This document shows positions 28,396-39,680 of a stretch of DNA of 64,000 nt, piece by piece. The DNA is from Candidatus Zambryskiibacteriota bacterium. Its GTDB lineage: Bacteria > Patescibacteriota > Minisyncoccia > Phycocordibacterales > WO2-35-19. The stretch is taken from contig JASNZL010000003.1 in assembly GCA_048499675.1 (NCBI GenBank), positions 16,241-80,240 on the forward strand. Reading direction: 5' to 3'. Made by a program: the position numbers and the translations under genes. The notes beneath the pieces were generated by a model. It ran no database searches. It worked only from the letters and a program-made list of their open reading frames with translations, and was not told the DNA's origin. The stretch's first letter is position 1, and each line of letters begins with the position of its first letter.

Positions 28396-28809
28396 TTATT
28401 TCCTATTTATCATATCCGAATAATGTTCAAGCATAAAATCATGATAAAACTTGTTATCGGAAAGCATTTTGAAAACATTTGCCTCGGCAACCTTTGGTTC
28501 ATTGGTAAATTCAGCACACAAATCATCAATTTCTTGCTCATTCTCTAATGAAAGTTCATATTCCCTAACACTACCATCTTTAAATTTAAATATAAAAATT
28601 ATTTCTTTTTCTCCTATCACATCATTCCAAAACCCTGCTTCTAATTTAGTTTTTATAATTTCTCTATACTCCCCTAACTTCTCTTCCGGTATTTTAATCG
28701 CCCTGTCCCCATCCTCATCCTTTTCTTCAATACTCACACCCAAATCCACCAACTCCTCGTCTTTTATTTTCTTCCCACCCATCAAATAACTTAAACAAAT
28801 ATTTTTCAT
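28396..28809 (-). CDS. Hypothetical protein
   Basis: Clean ORF in a tight co-oriented cluster. Confidence 0.65.
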   Translation of the reverse strand: MKNICLSYLMGGKKIKDEELVDLGVSIEEKDEDGDRAIKIPEEKLGEYREIIKTKLEAGFWNDVIGEKEIIFIFKFKDGSVREYELSLENEQEIDDLCAEFTNEPKVAEANVFKMLSDNKFYHDFMLEHYSDMINRK

Positions 28810-29021
28810 GATTTTTTAGAATAATTAGTGCAATTAGGTTAATTAGGTTAATTTCCTCTTATCTCTTCTTCCAATCCTTAATCTTCAGCATCTTAGCTGA
28901 CATCTCCTCAATCGAAATCTTCTGCCTCTCCTTCCACCCTATAAACTATAACCCTCTGTCTTTCACCACATTTCAATTTATAAAAGCAAACTTATACATA
29001 GGATTATGTATACAAGAATTT

Positions 29022-32000
29022 TTATGCAACCAATTCATTGACGCTTTCGTACACATACCCAAAAATTTTTGAGGTTTTTGATTCGATCAAGCCTTCATCA
29101 TACGGCTCAGGTAGTTCATCATACAAAACATCTTTTATAGTTACCAAAACCTTTGCTCTACCCTGTTGAGTTTTTCTCCAATCAAGAACAAAAGCTGTTT
29201 GTCTCAATTTCTGTAACAAATCTTTTGCAACTTTCTTGATCTCCTTAATTTCATTTTCTTTCAAGTCTTCTTTATAAAGCAAATCAAAAATCGCAAGCTC
29301 TTCTTCAGTCAGCTCTTCTCTCACCCCTCTTTTTTCTTCATCGTTTAAAGATTCTGCAAATTTCATCAAAGCCTCAAAAAAATCTTCAATATTTTTTGAG
29401 CCAGAATTATATTCTGAAAGTAATTTTTCAAATTGCTCTACTAGTTTTTGTCTTGTTGGATTAAGTCGCACCAATTCTTCAAGTTTTTCTTTCAAAGATT
29501 GCTTCAATTTTTCTGCTTCTTTTCTTTTATTTTTTTCAAAATACTTTCGCAATTTCTCAAAATCAATCTTACTCAAATCATACGGCTTATAATCTTCAGA
29601 AATCACATACCCTTCAGCAGTGATTGCATTATCAAGAAGCTCTTCAATAGCGTCTGCAACGTCTTCTACATTCACATCTTTTCGGGTCAAGATTCGCACA
29701 CGCTCTGCCAGAACTCGATACAATTTTACTACATTAAAAAATTCACTCGCACTTGGATCAGGCATAATAGCCCCCAAAAGACTTGTCGCGCGATTACTCA
29801 TCATCAAAAATTCGTTCTTGGATTCCTCATTAGTCAAAATGGCATCCACAGCACCATCAATCAAAGCTAGTTTTTCAAAATCAACAGATTTTTCTATATC
29901 TAAAATATCAATAGAATGTTCATTACAATATTTATCAAGCTCACACAAAACTCCTCGTAATTCATTTACCAGTTCTGTTTTTGGTTTTATGGGCTTTGCA
30001 TCTTCATCACCTCGCGCTCCATAAATAGCCAAAGCTTTTTTCAGACTTCGAAATACTCCGATATAGTCCACAATCAATCCATTTGTCTTTGCGCCCCAAA
30101 CACGGTTTGCACGAGCAATCGTTTGCATCAATGTGTGATTTTTCATCGGCTTATCCAGATACACCGTCGAAATAATCGGTGCATCAAATCCAGTCAGCCA
30201 CATATTGCAGACAATCACAATTTTCAAAGGATCATTTACATCTTTGAATTTCTTTTCCAAATCCTCATTTATCATTCTTCGGCGATGAGTTTCTATATCA
30301 AGCCCAAGCTTTCGGAAATCATCCACTTCGTTTTGAGCCGAACTCATAACTACCGCAATATCAGGACAGTTTGGCTGCGCCTTCATTTTGTCATACATTT
30401 TCACCGCAGTTGGTCGATCTATCGCCACAAACAACGCCTTACCATCATTCCCTTGGCTGTTAAAATGTTCAATCACATCACGGGCAATAGTGTTCAATCG
30501 TTCTTCTCTCGTGATCAAATGATATTCAGTATTAAATTCTCGTTCAAGCTTTTTCTCTTGATCATCATCAAGCTCAAAAGTTTCAAGCACTGTTCCCAAA
30601 TCCTGCCCTAAACTCTCCAAATCAATCTGCAGCTCTGGAATACGGTTCTCGTAATACAAAGGCACTGTCGCCTTGTCATCCACAGACTGCTTGAAATCAT
30701 AAATACTGACATAGTCTCCAAAAGTATTCTTGGTTTGTTCTTCTTCGCCAGAAATAAGCGGAGTTCCTGTAAATCCGATAAATGAAGCATTCGGTAAAGC
30801 CCGACGCATATTGAGCGCCAGAGTGTCATACTGGCTTCGGTGAGCCTCGTCAGTCATCACGATAATATCGCTTCTATCTGAAAGCTTTGGAAACTCTTTT
30901 TCTGCTTCTTGCAATTGGAATTTGTGAATCAAGGTAAAAATATTGCGATGGTCTTCGGTCAAAAGCATTCTCAAATGATCAACACTTTTTGCTCTCACCA
31001 TTTCTTCAGGCTCAAGCACCGCACCCACACCCGCAAAGTTTGCATAAATCTGCTTGTCGAGTTCCTGCCTATCTGTCACCACAAGAAAAGTATAGTTCCC
31101 TTCATATTTTCGAAAAATCTTTTGAGCGAAAAATACCATAGAATAACTCTTTCCTCCTCCTTGTGTATGCCAAAAGACCCCAATTCGTCCATTGTTTTCT
31201 TCTCGCTTTTCAAAAGATTTAATCGCATTATTTACTCCTAAATACTGATGATTTTTACCAATCAATTTTATCGTTCCCTTGCTCGTCTCTTGAAACAATA
31301 CAAAGTTTTCAATAATATCAAGCAGGCGCGTTCTGTCGCAGATACCACGAAGCAGGGTTTCCAAATCCACCTTTCCTTTTTCTTCTTCATCACTAATTCT
31401 TTTCCAATCAGAAAAATGTTCAAACCCGCTCGTAATAGAACCCATCTTTGCATCAAGTCCATTTGAAATAATCAAAAGCTGGTTGTACCAAAATATCTGC
31501 GGAATTGTGTCTTTATAGTCTCGAATATTTCCATCAAATGCATCTCGCAAGTTTTTGTGCGCAGCTTTGAGCTCGACAAACACTAACGGCAACCCATTCA
31601 CAAAACCCACCAAGTCCGCTCGGCGTTTATACATATCACCCGAAATCCACATCTGTGACACCAAAGTAAAATGATTGTTCTCTGGATTATCAAAATCAAT
31701 CACACGCACCGTTTCCACATCACGAGTTCCGTCATCACTCACCACATCCACCTTGACCCCGTTTTTCAAAAGCTCATAGATTTCTTTGTTCGCTTTGACC
31801 ATACTCATTTTTGAGCGGTCTTTAATGATTTCTTCTATTGCTTCATCAATAGCACTTTTTGCGATGTTTGGATTTAATTTCTCCAAAGCAGTCCGAAGAC
31901 GAGAAAACAAGACAACCTGACCCTGATGTTCCCTCCCAAGCCTTGCATCACCTTCGTCAGTATAGGCATTCACAAAATCCATTTCGCCATCTTTTCCAGC

Positions 32001-32066
32001 CCAAAGTTCCGACAAAAGCCGGATTGCAGGTTGTTCTATGAGATTGTCTTCGTTAAAGGGGTTCAT
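29022..32066 (-). CDS. hsdR: Type I restriction endonuclease subunit R
   Basis: [58 protein letters not shown]. Confidence 0.96.
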   Translation of the reverse strand: MNPFNEDNLIEQPAIRLLSELWAGKDGEMDFVNAYTDEGDARLGREHQGQVVLFSRLRTALEKLNPNIAKSAIDEAIEEIIKDRSKMSMVKANKEIYELLKNGVKVDVVSDDGTRDVETVRVIDFDNPENNHFTLVSQMWISGDMYKRRADLVGFVNGLPLVFVELKAAHKNLRDAFDGNIRDYKDTIPQIFWYNQLLIISNGLDAKMGSITSGFEHFSDWKRISDEEEKGKVDLETLLRGICDRTRLLDIIENFVLFQETSKGTIKLIGKNHQYLGVNNAIKSFEKREENNGRIGVFWHTQGGGKSYSMVFFAQKIFRKYEGNYTFLVVTDRQELDKQIYANFAGVGAVLEPEEMVRAKSVDHLRMLLTEDHRNIFTLIHKFQLQEAEKEFPKLSDRSDIIVMTDEAHRSQYDTLALNMRRALPNASFIGFTGTPLISGEEEQTKNTFGDYVSIYDFKQSVDDKATVPLYYENRIPELQIDLESLGQDLGTVLETFELDDDQEKKLEREFNTEYHLITREERLNTIARDVIEHFNSQGNDGKALFVAIDRPTAVKMYDKMKAQPNCPDIAVVMSSAQNEVDDFRKLGLDIETHRRRMINEDLEKKFKDVNDPLKIVIVCNMWLTGFDAPIISTVYLDKPMKNHTLMQTIARANRVWGAKTNGLIVDYIGVFRSLKKALAIYGARGDEDAKPIKPKTELVNELRGVLCELDKYCNEHSIDILDIEKSVDFEKLALIDGAVDAILTNEESKNEFLMMSNRATSLLGAIMPDPSASEFFNVVKLYRVLAERVRILTRKDVNVEDVADAIEELLDNAITAEGYVISEDYKPYDLSKIDFEKLRKYFEKNKRKEAEKLKQSLKEKLEELVRLNPTRQKLVEQFEKLLSEYNSGSKNIEDFFEALMKFAESLNDEEKRGVREELTEEELAIFDLLYKEDLKENEIKEIKKVAKDLLQKLRQTAFVLDWRKTQQGRAKVLVTIKDVLYDELPEPYDEGLIESKTSKIFGYVYESVNELVA

Positions 32067-32075
32067 ATTATTATA

Positions 32076-33551
32076 TTAAAGCATTTTTTCTATTTTTTTT
32101 CTAAATTTTTCTACCTCAGTATTATTATTGTGAATCCAAAGTTTCCACACATGACTAGCATTTCTCCCCCAAAATTTTTTTTGACTACTATACCATTTCT
32201 TTAATTTTTCTCTTAATTTACTTTTATCTAACTCACCATCAAGTACTGATAATTCCTTAAAGCAAAATGGTTTGTTATAGCCTGCTTGTTTTTTCCAAAA
32301 AACATCACCAGCATCTACAGTTTTAAGAAAATCATACATCAACCTGTCTGGCCCCTTTGATCCAGGTAAACAAATTACATTGGAAACACTGGTAACATTT
32401 GAATCGCCATCCAAAACAATAATGGATTTTTGAAAATCTGGGATCTTCTTTTTTGCCAAATCATTTAAAACTTTATATCCAAGTTTTGTTGATATTATGT
32501 TTACCCTGTCTTTTTGTTCTGTTGTTAAAATATTTTTTAACAAATCAACAGCTTCGTCGTCTTCGCAATATAAATACTTTTTGTTTTTTTGAATTTTAAA
32601 ACCATCTGGCCCTAAAACTAGTAAACTACTTCGTATTGCATTAAAGTCCAAGTCATATAAAACATTAATTTCACCATGTGACTTATCTAAGAAAATAATT
32701 TTTGAATCACTCAACTCCTTAACCTTTTCTAACACTTCCAAAGAATGTGTAGTGAAGAATATTTGCAAATTGAGTTGTTTTGAAACTTTGTCTAAATAAT
32801 TTATTAATCGTATTTGAGCCGCAGGAAACAAACTTGCATCTATTTCATCAATTAATAAAACTCCTCCATTGTATTTATCACCTAATTCTTTTTGCAATCT
32901 CTTATAAGAAATAATTACGGTAATGATGTGACCTAAATTATCTTGTCCAGCTGAATTTCCCAAATGATTGTAGTCTTTAGTAGTTGGAGCATAAAATTTT
33001 TTATTTGTTGATCTTACTGATTCGGGAATAATTTTTTCATCAATTATTAAAATATCGTTATGAATTTCTTCATAATATTTAATTTCTTGTTGTGTAAGTT
33101 CAGAAATTTCACTTTTAATTTCAGCCTCAATATTCAAAGGAAATAATCTACCCATACCTAAATATTGCACTGGAAAATTTAATTTACCTTCATCTTTAGC
33201 ACTCTTTCCAACCCTTATTCTTATTGTTTTTTGCTTACCTTTTTCTATGCGATCATAAGACAAAGCTTTTATATTTTTATTGTCATCAAAATATGTTATC
33301 CACTCATGAGTTCCAGATTTATCAAATTCAGGATATGCAAATTTAAAAATATCAGAAAATTCTGTAGAGAAATTTTTACCTGTAAGATTTTTGTAAGAAT
33401 TATCAAAATTAAAAATATGCCCTATTAAACCTAGTATTGTAGTTTTTATTGTTCCATTTTGGCCAGCAATTGCATTTAATCTTGACGCAAAATTTACCTC
33501 TAAATTAGAGACTTTTCTAAATTTTAATATTTCTAATTTAGTAATTTTCAT
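32076..33551 (-). CDS. ABC-type ATPase (AAA_15/21-like) with C-terminal TOPRIM-like region
   Basis: Walker A variant GQNGTIKT, SAGQD signature, LLIDEIDASLFP, TTHS; C-terminal YCED..IVLDGD. Confidence 0.8.
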   Translation of the reverse strand: MKITKLEILKFRKVSNLEVNFASRLNAIAGQNGTIKTTILGLIGHIFNFDNSYKNLTGKNFSTEFSDIFKFAYPEFDKSGTHEWITYFDDNKNIKALSYDRIEKGKQKTIRIRVGKSAKDEGKLNFPVQYLGMGRLFPLNIEAEIKSEISELTQQEIKYYEEIHNDILIIDEKIIPESVRSTNKKFYAPTTKDYNHLGNSAGQDNLGHIITVIISYKRLQKELGDKYNGGVLLIDEIDASLFPAAQIRLINYLDKVSKQLNLQIFFTTHSLEVLEKVKELSDSKIIFLDKSHGEINVLYDLDFNAIRSSLLVLGPDGFKIQKNKKYLYCEDDEAVDLLKNILTTEQKDRVNIISTKLGYKVLNDLAKKKIPDFQKSIIVLDGDSNVTSVSNVICLPGSKGPDRLMYDFLKTVDAGDVFWKKQAGYNKPFCFKELSVLDGELDKSKLREKLKKWYSSQKKFWGRNASHVWKLWIHNNNTEVEKFRKKIEKML

Positions 33552-33556
33552 AAAAT

Positions 33557-34762
33557 TTATTTAACCTCCACTCGCCCACCGACTAACTGCGGAATGAGGA
33601 TGTCTCTTGTTTTTTGTAAGTTTTGGTTTTGTTTTTTTAAATTTAAAACCTGAATAAAAACATCGTTTAATTTTTCATTTATATTATTTAATGCTTCTTC
33701 AGCAGGTATAATAATTTCAAAATCTTTAATTGCTGAGCTTGCATGCATAATTGTTGTACCTTTTGCATGTTCTTTGATTTTATTTTGAATATCTTCAGAA
33801 TTCATATAGCAATATAAAAATCCGTCAGAAAAAATTTCTGATTTTATTTTTCTTATTCCTGATGAGTATGCGCCATTAAAACCGAATCTAACTAAGCCAA
33901 CGGAACCATCAAAACTTACCAAAACATCATTCTCTTCACATATTTTTCCTTTACATAAATTTATATCTACAAAAATATTTTGCTCTTTGTTTAGATCAGA
34001 AACTCTAATAAATTTTACAAAATTGTTTATTTGAATCTCTGAATAACTAGAAGAACCAGGCTCAACACCTCTCTCAAAAGAAATTATTTCTTCTGCTTTC
34101 TTCACCTCCCACCCATTAGGTAATCCATCTTTTACAGGTTTTACAAACCATTCTTTGTAGAGGGTTTGGGCGAGGGTTTCGAGGGTTTTTATTTTCTTTT
34201 GATTCACCTCAATCAAATCATCATATGCCGAAAGCACCTCCGCAATTTTCTTTTGTTTGGAGAGAGGAGGAAGCAAAAACTCAAACTCTTTTAAAACTGG
34301 AGCATTCGCGTGCGGTTGAGCAGCGCCGCCCGCATTTTGAACTACGAAACTTTTAAAAATATCAGATTCTATTAAAGAACCAAGGAAAAAATTATCTAAA
34401 TCTTGAGTTTTAGGTTTGATTCTTATTAAGTACGAAGCAAAAACAGAATTTATAGGAGGGTCTTTTCTAAAAAGTTTTGCATATCCAGCGGTCGCGCCAG
34501 TTCTAGCAACAACAATATCCCCTTTTTTTAATAAAAATTGATTTAGTTTATTTTCTTCTATTTTACAAAATGGAACATTATTCCAATCTATCAATTGAGG
34601 TACGATATCTGTGATTCTAATTAACTTTACACCCGTATCTTTGTTTTCAGCAGAAGCAGTAAAGCCATAAGAAAAATCGCAAACCTCACCCAACTTCACC
34701 CTCTTCCACTCCGTCTTGCGAGTTTTCTCCCTACTATTCTTTTGTGTCGTTTGTGTAGGCAT
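33557..34762 (-). CDS. hsdS: Type I R-M specificity subunit
   Basis: WKRVKLGEVC, PPLSKQKKIAEVLSAYDDLIE, LPNGWE, RDILIPQLVGG. Confidence 0.95.
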   Translation of the reverse strand: MPTQTTQKNSREKTRKTEWKRVKLGEVCDFSYGFTASAENKDTGVKLIRITDIVPQLIDWNNVPFCKIEENKLNQFLLKKGDIVVARTGATAGYAKLFRKDPPINSVFASYLIRIKPKTQDLDNFFLGSLIESDIFKSFVVQNAGGAAQPHANAPVLKEFEFLLPPLSKQKKIAEVLSAYDDLIEVNQKKIKTLETLAQTLYKEWFVKPVKDGLPNGWEVKKAEEIISFERGVEPGSSSYSEIQINNFVKFIRVSDLNKEQNIFVDINLCKGKICEENDVLVSFDGSVGLVRFGFNGAYSSGIRKIKSEIFSDGFLYCYMNSEDIQNKIKEHAKGTTIMHASSAIKDFEIIIPAEEALNNINEKLNDVFIQVLNLKKQNQNLQKTRDILIPQLVGGRVEVK

Positions 34763-34873
34763 CCCAGTACTAAAATTTTAAATTAAAACTAATAATTTTA
34801 TCAGCGTATATCTCCTTATTCTTTTGTGTATTTTTATTTAACATAATCAAAAATTTAGTACCGGACAAGTATA

Positions 34874-36145
34874 TTATTTCAATAAATCATCAAGCTCAGC
34901 ATTCAGAAGTGCCGACTTGGTCAAGACGATCTGTTCACTTCTCACTAAATTATCTGCAGTCATACGAACAATTTTTGTTCTAATTTCATCAGTCATTACT
35001 TCCCGATTTGTCTTTGCAAGATAGTTTTCAACCTTTTCATAGAAAAGTGTTGTATATTGCATAATCTTATCTCCTGAAAATCTTTCCCTATCTTCTACAG
35101 AAATATATTTTTCAAGGTCTGTATTTATCGCTGTTGGAATATTTCCATCACTAAATTCCATCCAGTAGTCGCTGATGGTGAAAATAAATCTTACACGGTT
35201 ATTTTCTGTGGTTTTGTAATAGTAAATAAACGAATAATTATCAGATCGAAAATCCTGATGTAGGCGAATCATTTCTAGTTCTGTTACTTGATAAATCGGG
35301 TATTGTTTAAGTAAATGCATATAGGTTGAAAGCCAGTTTTGAAGCCAGTTATCAATATAGCGAGTTTCAGTAAAAAGTGGTTTCAAATCTTGTTCGAGAT
35401 TCTTTTGGTTAACTTCGTTCATTTTGAAGGTTAGTTTATCAAATAGTTCCTGAAGATTTTTTACATTGATATTTTTTGCTTTAAGATAGTCCAAATCCGG
35501 AATTATTCTTTTGTTCATATACCAAAGCAAGTCATAAATATCTCGTCCTTTTTCACCAAAAATATCTTGTCCGACATTTCTTTCACCACGGAGGAAAATT
35601 GCAGCGATTTTACTCGCCATGAGGTTTGACATATTGTATGTTTTGATAACAAAAGAAAGCTGATTACGGTTGATTGGGATGCGTTCAGTGGTTGTTTTTG
35701 GTGCAGAGAAAAAGTTTAAATCTACTTTTACATGCACCTGGTCCGATGTGTGACCCAAACCAAGACCTTCACCAACATGGAAGTTGAGTCGGAGCCCGCG
35801 AGAACCTACTATTTTTATAGAAAGAAATTCGTCTTCGGTGCTGTATGTTTTTTTGAAATAGTCATTCATATCGTTTTTGAGTTTTTCGAGAAGGTCTGGT
35901 GTTGGTTCAATATCAATTTCAAAATCCAAATCAACAGACATTCTATCAAGTCCGTGACAAATACGAAGCGCAGAACCACCATACATGGTCCACTCACTGT
36001 ATTCTGGATGATGATAAATACAATCGAGAATATAAAACTGCAACTCTTCTTTGAGAGCGTTTCTCTTTGCTTCAATATCAACACTACCTATTGCATTTAT
36101 TTCATCAAGTCTACTTTTTAGTTTTAGAAAAATTTGATTATTCAT
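34874..36145 (-). CDS. AbiEii-family nucleotidyltransferase toxin (C-terminally extended)
   Basis: YGGSALRICHGLDRMSVDLDF, KIAA, KGRDIYDLLW. Confidence 0.9.
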   Translation of the reverse strand: MNNQIFLKLKSRLDEINAIGSVDIEAKRNALKEELQFYILDCIYHHPEYSEWTMYGGSALRICHGLDRMSVDLDFEIDIEPTPDLLEKLKNDMNDYFKKTYSTEDEFLSIKIVGSRGLRLNFHVGEGLGLGHTSDQVHVKVDLNFFSAPKTTTERIPINRNQLSFVIKTYNMSNLMASKIAAIFLRGERNVGQDIFGEKGRDIYDLLWYMNKRIIPDLDYLKAKNINVKNLQELFDKLTFKMNEVNQKNLEQDLKPLFTETRYIDNWLQNWLSTYMHLLKQYPIYQVTELEMIRLHQDFRSDNYSFIYYYKTTENNRVRFIFTISDYWMEFSDGNIPTAINTDLEKYISVEDRERFSGDKIMQYTTLFYEKVENYLAKTNREVMTDEIRTKIVRMTADNLVRSEQIVLTKSALLNAELDDLLK

Positions 36146-36149
36146 ATGA

Positions 36150-36764
36150 TTATTTTAAATATTCTTTTACCATTGCGTAAAACACATTTTTATCTTCTTC
36201 TGCCATTTCTTCAATATCAATACGCAAACTTTCTACTAATGAATCAATTTGTTCGAAAGAAATCCCTCGAAACTGATTTGTTTTGAAATACAATAGATCA
36301 AACAAAGCTTTGGCTGGTGTTGCAATGTAATATTCAAAATCTTCTTTTTTGAGAATAAAATCTTTAAAAAGTTTTTTATTTATTGAGTGATATGAAAATG
36401 TCCCAATTTTTGTTTCGTAATCACGAGTTATTTTTTCTGACACACAAGTGATTGTATTGATTGCTTCTGTAGTAAGTCCGTAATACTGAAGAGCAGTCCA
36501 AGAGCTGATATATGAAGGCGTACGGAGAATGTTTGCAAGATAAAAAAGATACGAAATTTTATCTTTGTTTTTCTCGTAAAAGTCTGTTGTGATGTATAAA
36601 CCGTTTTTCAATAAAATAATTTCTTTATTTGCAACAGATCGAGAAAGATATGAATTTACAGTTGCATCTAATACAGAAAATTCCTTTGCTAAACCAGAAA
36701 AAGCCTTTTTAGTAAAAAAGGGTTCTTTTTTAAGATTTTCAATTATATTCGTTCGGTATTTCAC
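36150..36764 (-). CDS. AbiEi-family antitoxin
   Basis: LKNGLY, PSYISSWTALQYYGL, IATPAKALFDLLY; directly upstream of AbiEii. Confidence 0.88.
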   Translation of the reverse strand: MKYRTNIIENLKKEPFFTKKAFSGLAKEFSVLDATVNSYLSRSVANKEIILLKNGLYITTDFYEKNKDKISYLFYLANILRTPSYISSWTALQYYGLTTEAINTITCVSEKITRDYETKIGTFSYHSINKKLFKDFILKKEDFEYYIATPAKALFDLLYFKTNQFRGISFEQIDSLVESLRIDIEEMAEEDKNVFYAMVKEYLK

Positions 36765-36876
36765 TTTTTATATGATATCATATAAATTCTGAAAAGCAAA
36801 CAAAAATGTGTATAATTATACATAAACTATACACATTTTATACATATTCTGATTTTTGCTTGTAAAATAAGGCTTT

Positions 36877-38439
36877 TTACAGTATTTTCTTGAGGTTTTC
36901 CTTGATTTTCTTCTCTAAAACTGCTGATTCTTTAAATAGATTCTCTAGATCATTTGAAAGATTTTGGACTTTTTCATGAAAATCCTCTTCAGATTCTTCA
37001 ATTACTTCAGTCCCCACATATCGCCCTGGGTTGAGCGAATATCCTGCTTCAGCGACTTCTTGCAATGTTGCAACCTTACACAGTCCTTTTACATCTTCGT
37101 ATTTCCCTGCCCCACTTTCGCCACGATACACACGGACAATATTTGCAATTTGATCTATTTGCTCTGGAGTAAACTTTTTCTTATTTCTTTGTTCAGTGTC
37201 TTCATCTATTGTAAAAATTTGACGCGCGTCAATAAATAAAATTTTATCTTTTCTATCAGAATTTATTTTTCCTTTATCAAAAAACCAAAGTGTGCATGAA
37301 AGTGCAACTGTGTAAAAGAAATTATCTCCAACAGAAATCATTACATCCACGGCTCCAGAATCTATAATTTTTTTACGAATCTCTTTTTCTGCCCCACCAG
37401 CATCACTCGCTGCGTTAGACATAACAAAACCCGCTCTCCCTTTTTCATTTAAAGAAGAGAGGAAAAGTTGTATCCAAATATAATTTCCGTTTCCTATTTC
37501 ATCCTTTCCAGTAAGAGGTAGACCGAAAGGAAATCGTCTCGCTGGATTTATCACTCTTTCTCTATCTATTTTTCCAGTCTTTTTTCCCCCAACATTAAAT
37601 GGTGGGTTAGCCATTACAAAATCAAATTTACCAGTTGAATTGTAAGGATCTTCATAATAAGCATTTGCGGATGTCACCACACCAGAAAGTCCATGCACAG
37701 CAAGGTTCATCTTGCAAAGATTAGTTGTTTCTCCCAGCTTCTCTGATCCATACACAGAAATTACATCTTGATTTGTTTTCTTGTGCTTTTTTACAAAATT
37801 TGCACTTTGCACAAACATACCCCCCGATCCACAAGCAGGATCATAGACTTTTCCTTTGTACGGTTCGAGGATTTCTACAATTAATTTTACAAGAGAGGTT
37901 GGAGTAAAGAATTCTCCTCCACCCTGTCCTTCTTTCATGGCAAAACTTGAAAGAAAGAATTCATAAATCTTTCCGAACACATCACCCTCAACATCCATAG
38001 GAATTTCACTGAAAGTTTTTAGAAGACCAAACAGGGTTTTACTATCAAGCTTAGTATATGTTTTTGGTAAAATACCTCTTAAATCTGAATTATATTCCTC
38101 AATTTCTTTCATCGCATCATTGATTGCTTTTCCAATATTTGCGCTCTCTTTTAAATTAAGAAGATATGAAAAGCGAGCAATTTCAGGAATATACATAATT
38201 CCTTTTGCTTGGTATTCTTCAGGACCAATCCTTCTTTCACGAACCACAGAAGCTCCGGATTTTTTAACATTTTTTAATTCATCATTTGCGTGTTCGAATT
38301 TAAATTCAGCAAATCGCAAGAAAATAAGTCCAAGGACAGGTTGAGAATACTGATGCACGCTCAAATCAGATTCTGTTCTAAAAGATTCTGCAGCATTCCA
38401 TAATCGCTCTTCAATTTTCTTAAGACTTTCTTTTACCAT
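36877..38439 (-). CDS. hsdM: Type I R-M N6-adenine methyltransferase subunit M
   Basis: GEFFTP, YDPACGSGGM, NPPFN, SLNPGRYVG. Confidence 0.96.
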   Translation of the reverse strand: MVKESLKKIEERLWNAAESFRTESDLSVHQYSQPVLGLIFLRFAEFKFEHANDELKNVKKSGASVVRERRIGPEEYQAKGIMYIPEIARFSYLLNLKESANIGKAINDAMKEIEEYNSDLRGILPKTYTKLDSKTLFGLLKTFSEIPMDVEGDVFGKIYEFFLSSFAMKEGQGGGEFFTPTSLVKLIVEILEPYKGKVYDPACGSGGMFVQSANFVKKHKKTNQDVISVYGSEKLGETTNLCKMNLAVHGLSGVVTSANAYYEDPYNSTGKFDFVMANPPFNVGGKKTGKIDRERVINPARRFPFGLPLTGKDEIGNGNYIWIQLFLSSLNEKGRAGFVMSNAASDAGGAEKEIRKKIIDSGAVDVMISVGDNFFYTVALSCTLWFFDKGKINSDRKDKILFIDARQIFTIDEDTEQRNKKKFTPEQIDQIANIVRVYRGESGAGKYEDVKGLCKVATLQEVAEAGYSLNPGRYVGTEVIEESEEDFHEKVQNLSNDLENLFKESAVLEKKIKENLKKIL

Positions 38440-38448
38440 ATTGTTTAT

Positions 38449-39108
38449 TTATAACATTTTTTCTTTCCTAAAACTATAAAAGCTTTTTGAAGTTATTATC
38501 ACATGATCCTCTATTTCTATCCCTAAAATCTCTGCGGACTGCTTGAGCCTTTTTGTAACTTCTTTGTCTTCTGGTGAAGGATCCAAGCTTCCGGACGGAT
38601 GATTGTGTGCCAGGATAATACTTCCGGCGTTAAGCCTTATCGCATGTTCAAAGACTTCTCGAGGATGCACAAGCGAGGCGTCTAAAATACCAATAGAAAT
38701 AATTTGTCTTTCGATAAGATTTTTCTGCGAATCAATATAAAAAGCTATGAAGTGTTCTTTCTTAGAATCTTTAATATCTGTGCAGAGTTGCCATATATCT
38801 TTTGGCGAAAGTATTTCTATTTTTTCATTGCTTGAAAACCTGTTTCCAAGTTCAAGGAGTGCAAGAATTTGCAAGGCTTTTGCTTTTCCCAATCCTTTTA
38901 TTTCAAGCAAATCTTCAAGTGTAATATTTTGCAAACCTTTCTTTTTTGTTTTCTGTAAAACTTTTTTAGAAAGTTCAAGTACATTTAAACCTTTAATTCC
39001 CGAACCAAGCAAAATTGCAAGGAGTTCAAAATCTTTTAATTTCTTAGAACCATACTTTTCCAATTTTTCACGAGGCAAATCTACTCTTGGAAGATTTTTT
39101 AATTTCAT
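38449..39108 (-). CDS. radC: RadC/JAB domain protein
   Basis: PREKL, ELLAILLGSG, VHPREVF, HNHPSG..PSPED, DHVII. Confidence 0.93.
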   Translation of the reverse strand: MKLKNLPRVDLPREKLEKYGSKKLKDFELLAILLGSGIKGLNVLELSKKVLQKTKKKGLQNITLEDLLEIKGLGKAKALQILALLELGNRFSSNEKIEILSPKDIWQLCTDIKDSKKEHFIAFYIDSQKNLIERQIISIGILDASLVHPREVFEHAIRLNAGSIILAHNHPSGSLDPSPEDKEVTKRLKQSAEILGIEIEDHVIITSKSFYSFRKEKML

Positions 39109-39109
39109 A

Positions 39110-39676
39110 TTACAAATTATTTTCATCCATTAATTCACGAATGGTTTTTCCTTTATATGTCCAAAAAATTGTGCCTTGTACGGCTTTCCATTTTTTATTA
39201 AACTTATCTTTCAAAACTTTCTGCGCAGATTTCGAAAGAGATGTATTATCGCCATTAAAGATAATAATATTACCTTTTCCAACTACTGCGGTAATATCTT
39301 GGTAAATATCATCTCCTTCTTTAAATTTAAGAATATCTCCCTCTTTTATACCAATTTTTGCAAATTTACCCTTAAGCTCGGAATCTTTTTCAAACGAAAT
39401 ATTTTTGTTATCTGAAATAAAATCACAAATCCTTTCTGGATGAACCTTTAAGAATTCTCTTTTTCTATTAATCCTCTGTTTTGCAAAATGTTGTAATATT
39501 TTTTGCTCTAATAATTCAACATTCTTCAAATCAAATCTTTCATATAATTGAAATCTTGTAGGTGTTGAGGTCTTGTTATTTAAGCTTTTTAACCTTTTAT
39601 CAATATCTCCAGTTATTCCAACTTTGCATATATTCGGCATAGAGATATTAGTAATAATATACAAAAAGTTTTTCAT
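39110..39676 (-). CDS. GIY-YIG (T5orf172/MUG113-like) nuclease with C-terminal RAMA-like domain
   Basis: LYIITN.SMPNICKVGIT..IDKRLKSL..TSTPT.F...REF; C-terminal SLSKSA...QGTIFWTYKGKTIREL. Confidence 0.75.
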   Translation of the reverse strand: MKNFLYIITNISMPNICKVGITGDIDKRLKSLNNKTSTPTRFQLYERFDLKNVELLEQKILQHFAKQRINRKREFLKVHPERICDFISDNKNISFEKDSELKGKFAKIGIKEGDILKFKEGDDIYQDITAVVGKGNIIIFNGDNTSLSKSAQKVLKDKFNKKWKAVQGTIFWTYKGKTIRELMDENNL

Positions 39677-39680
39677 ATAT

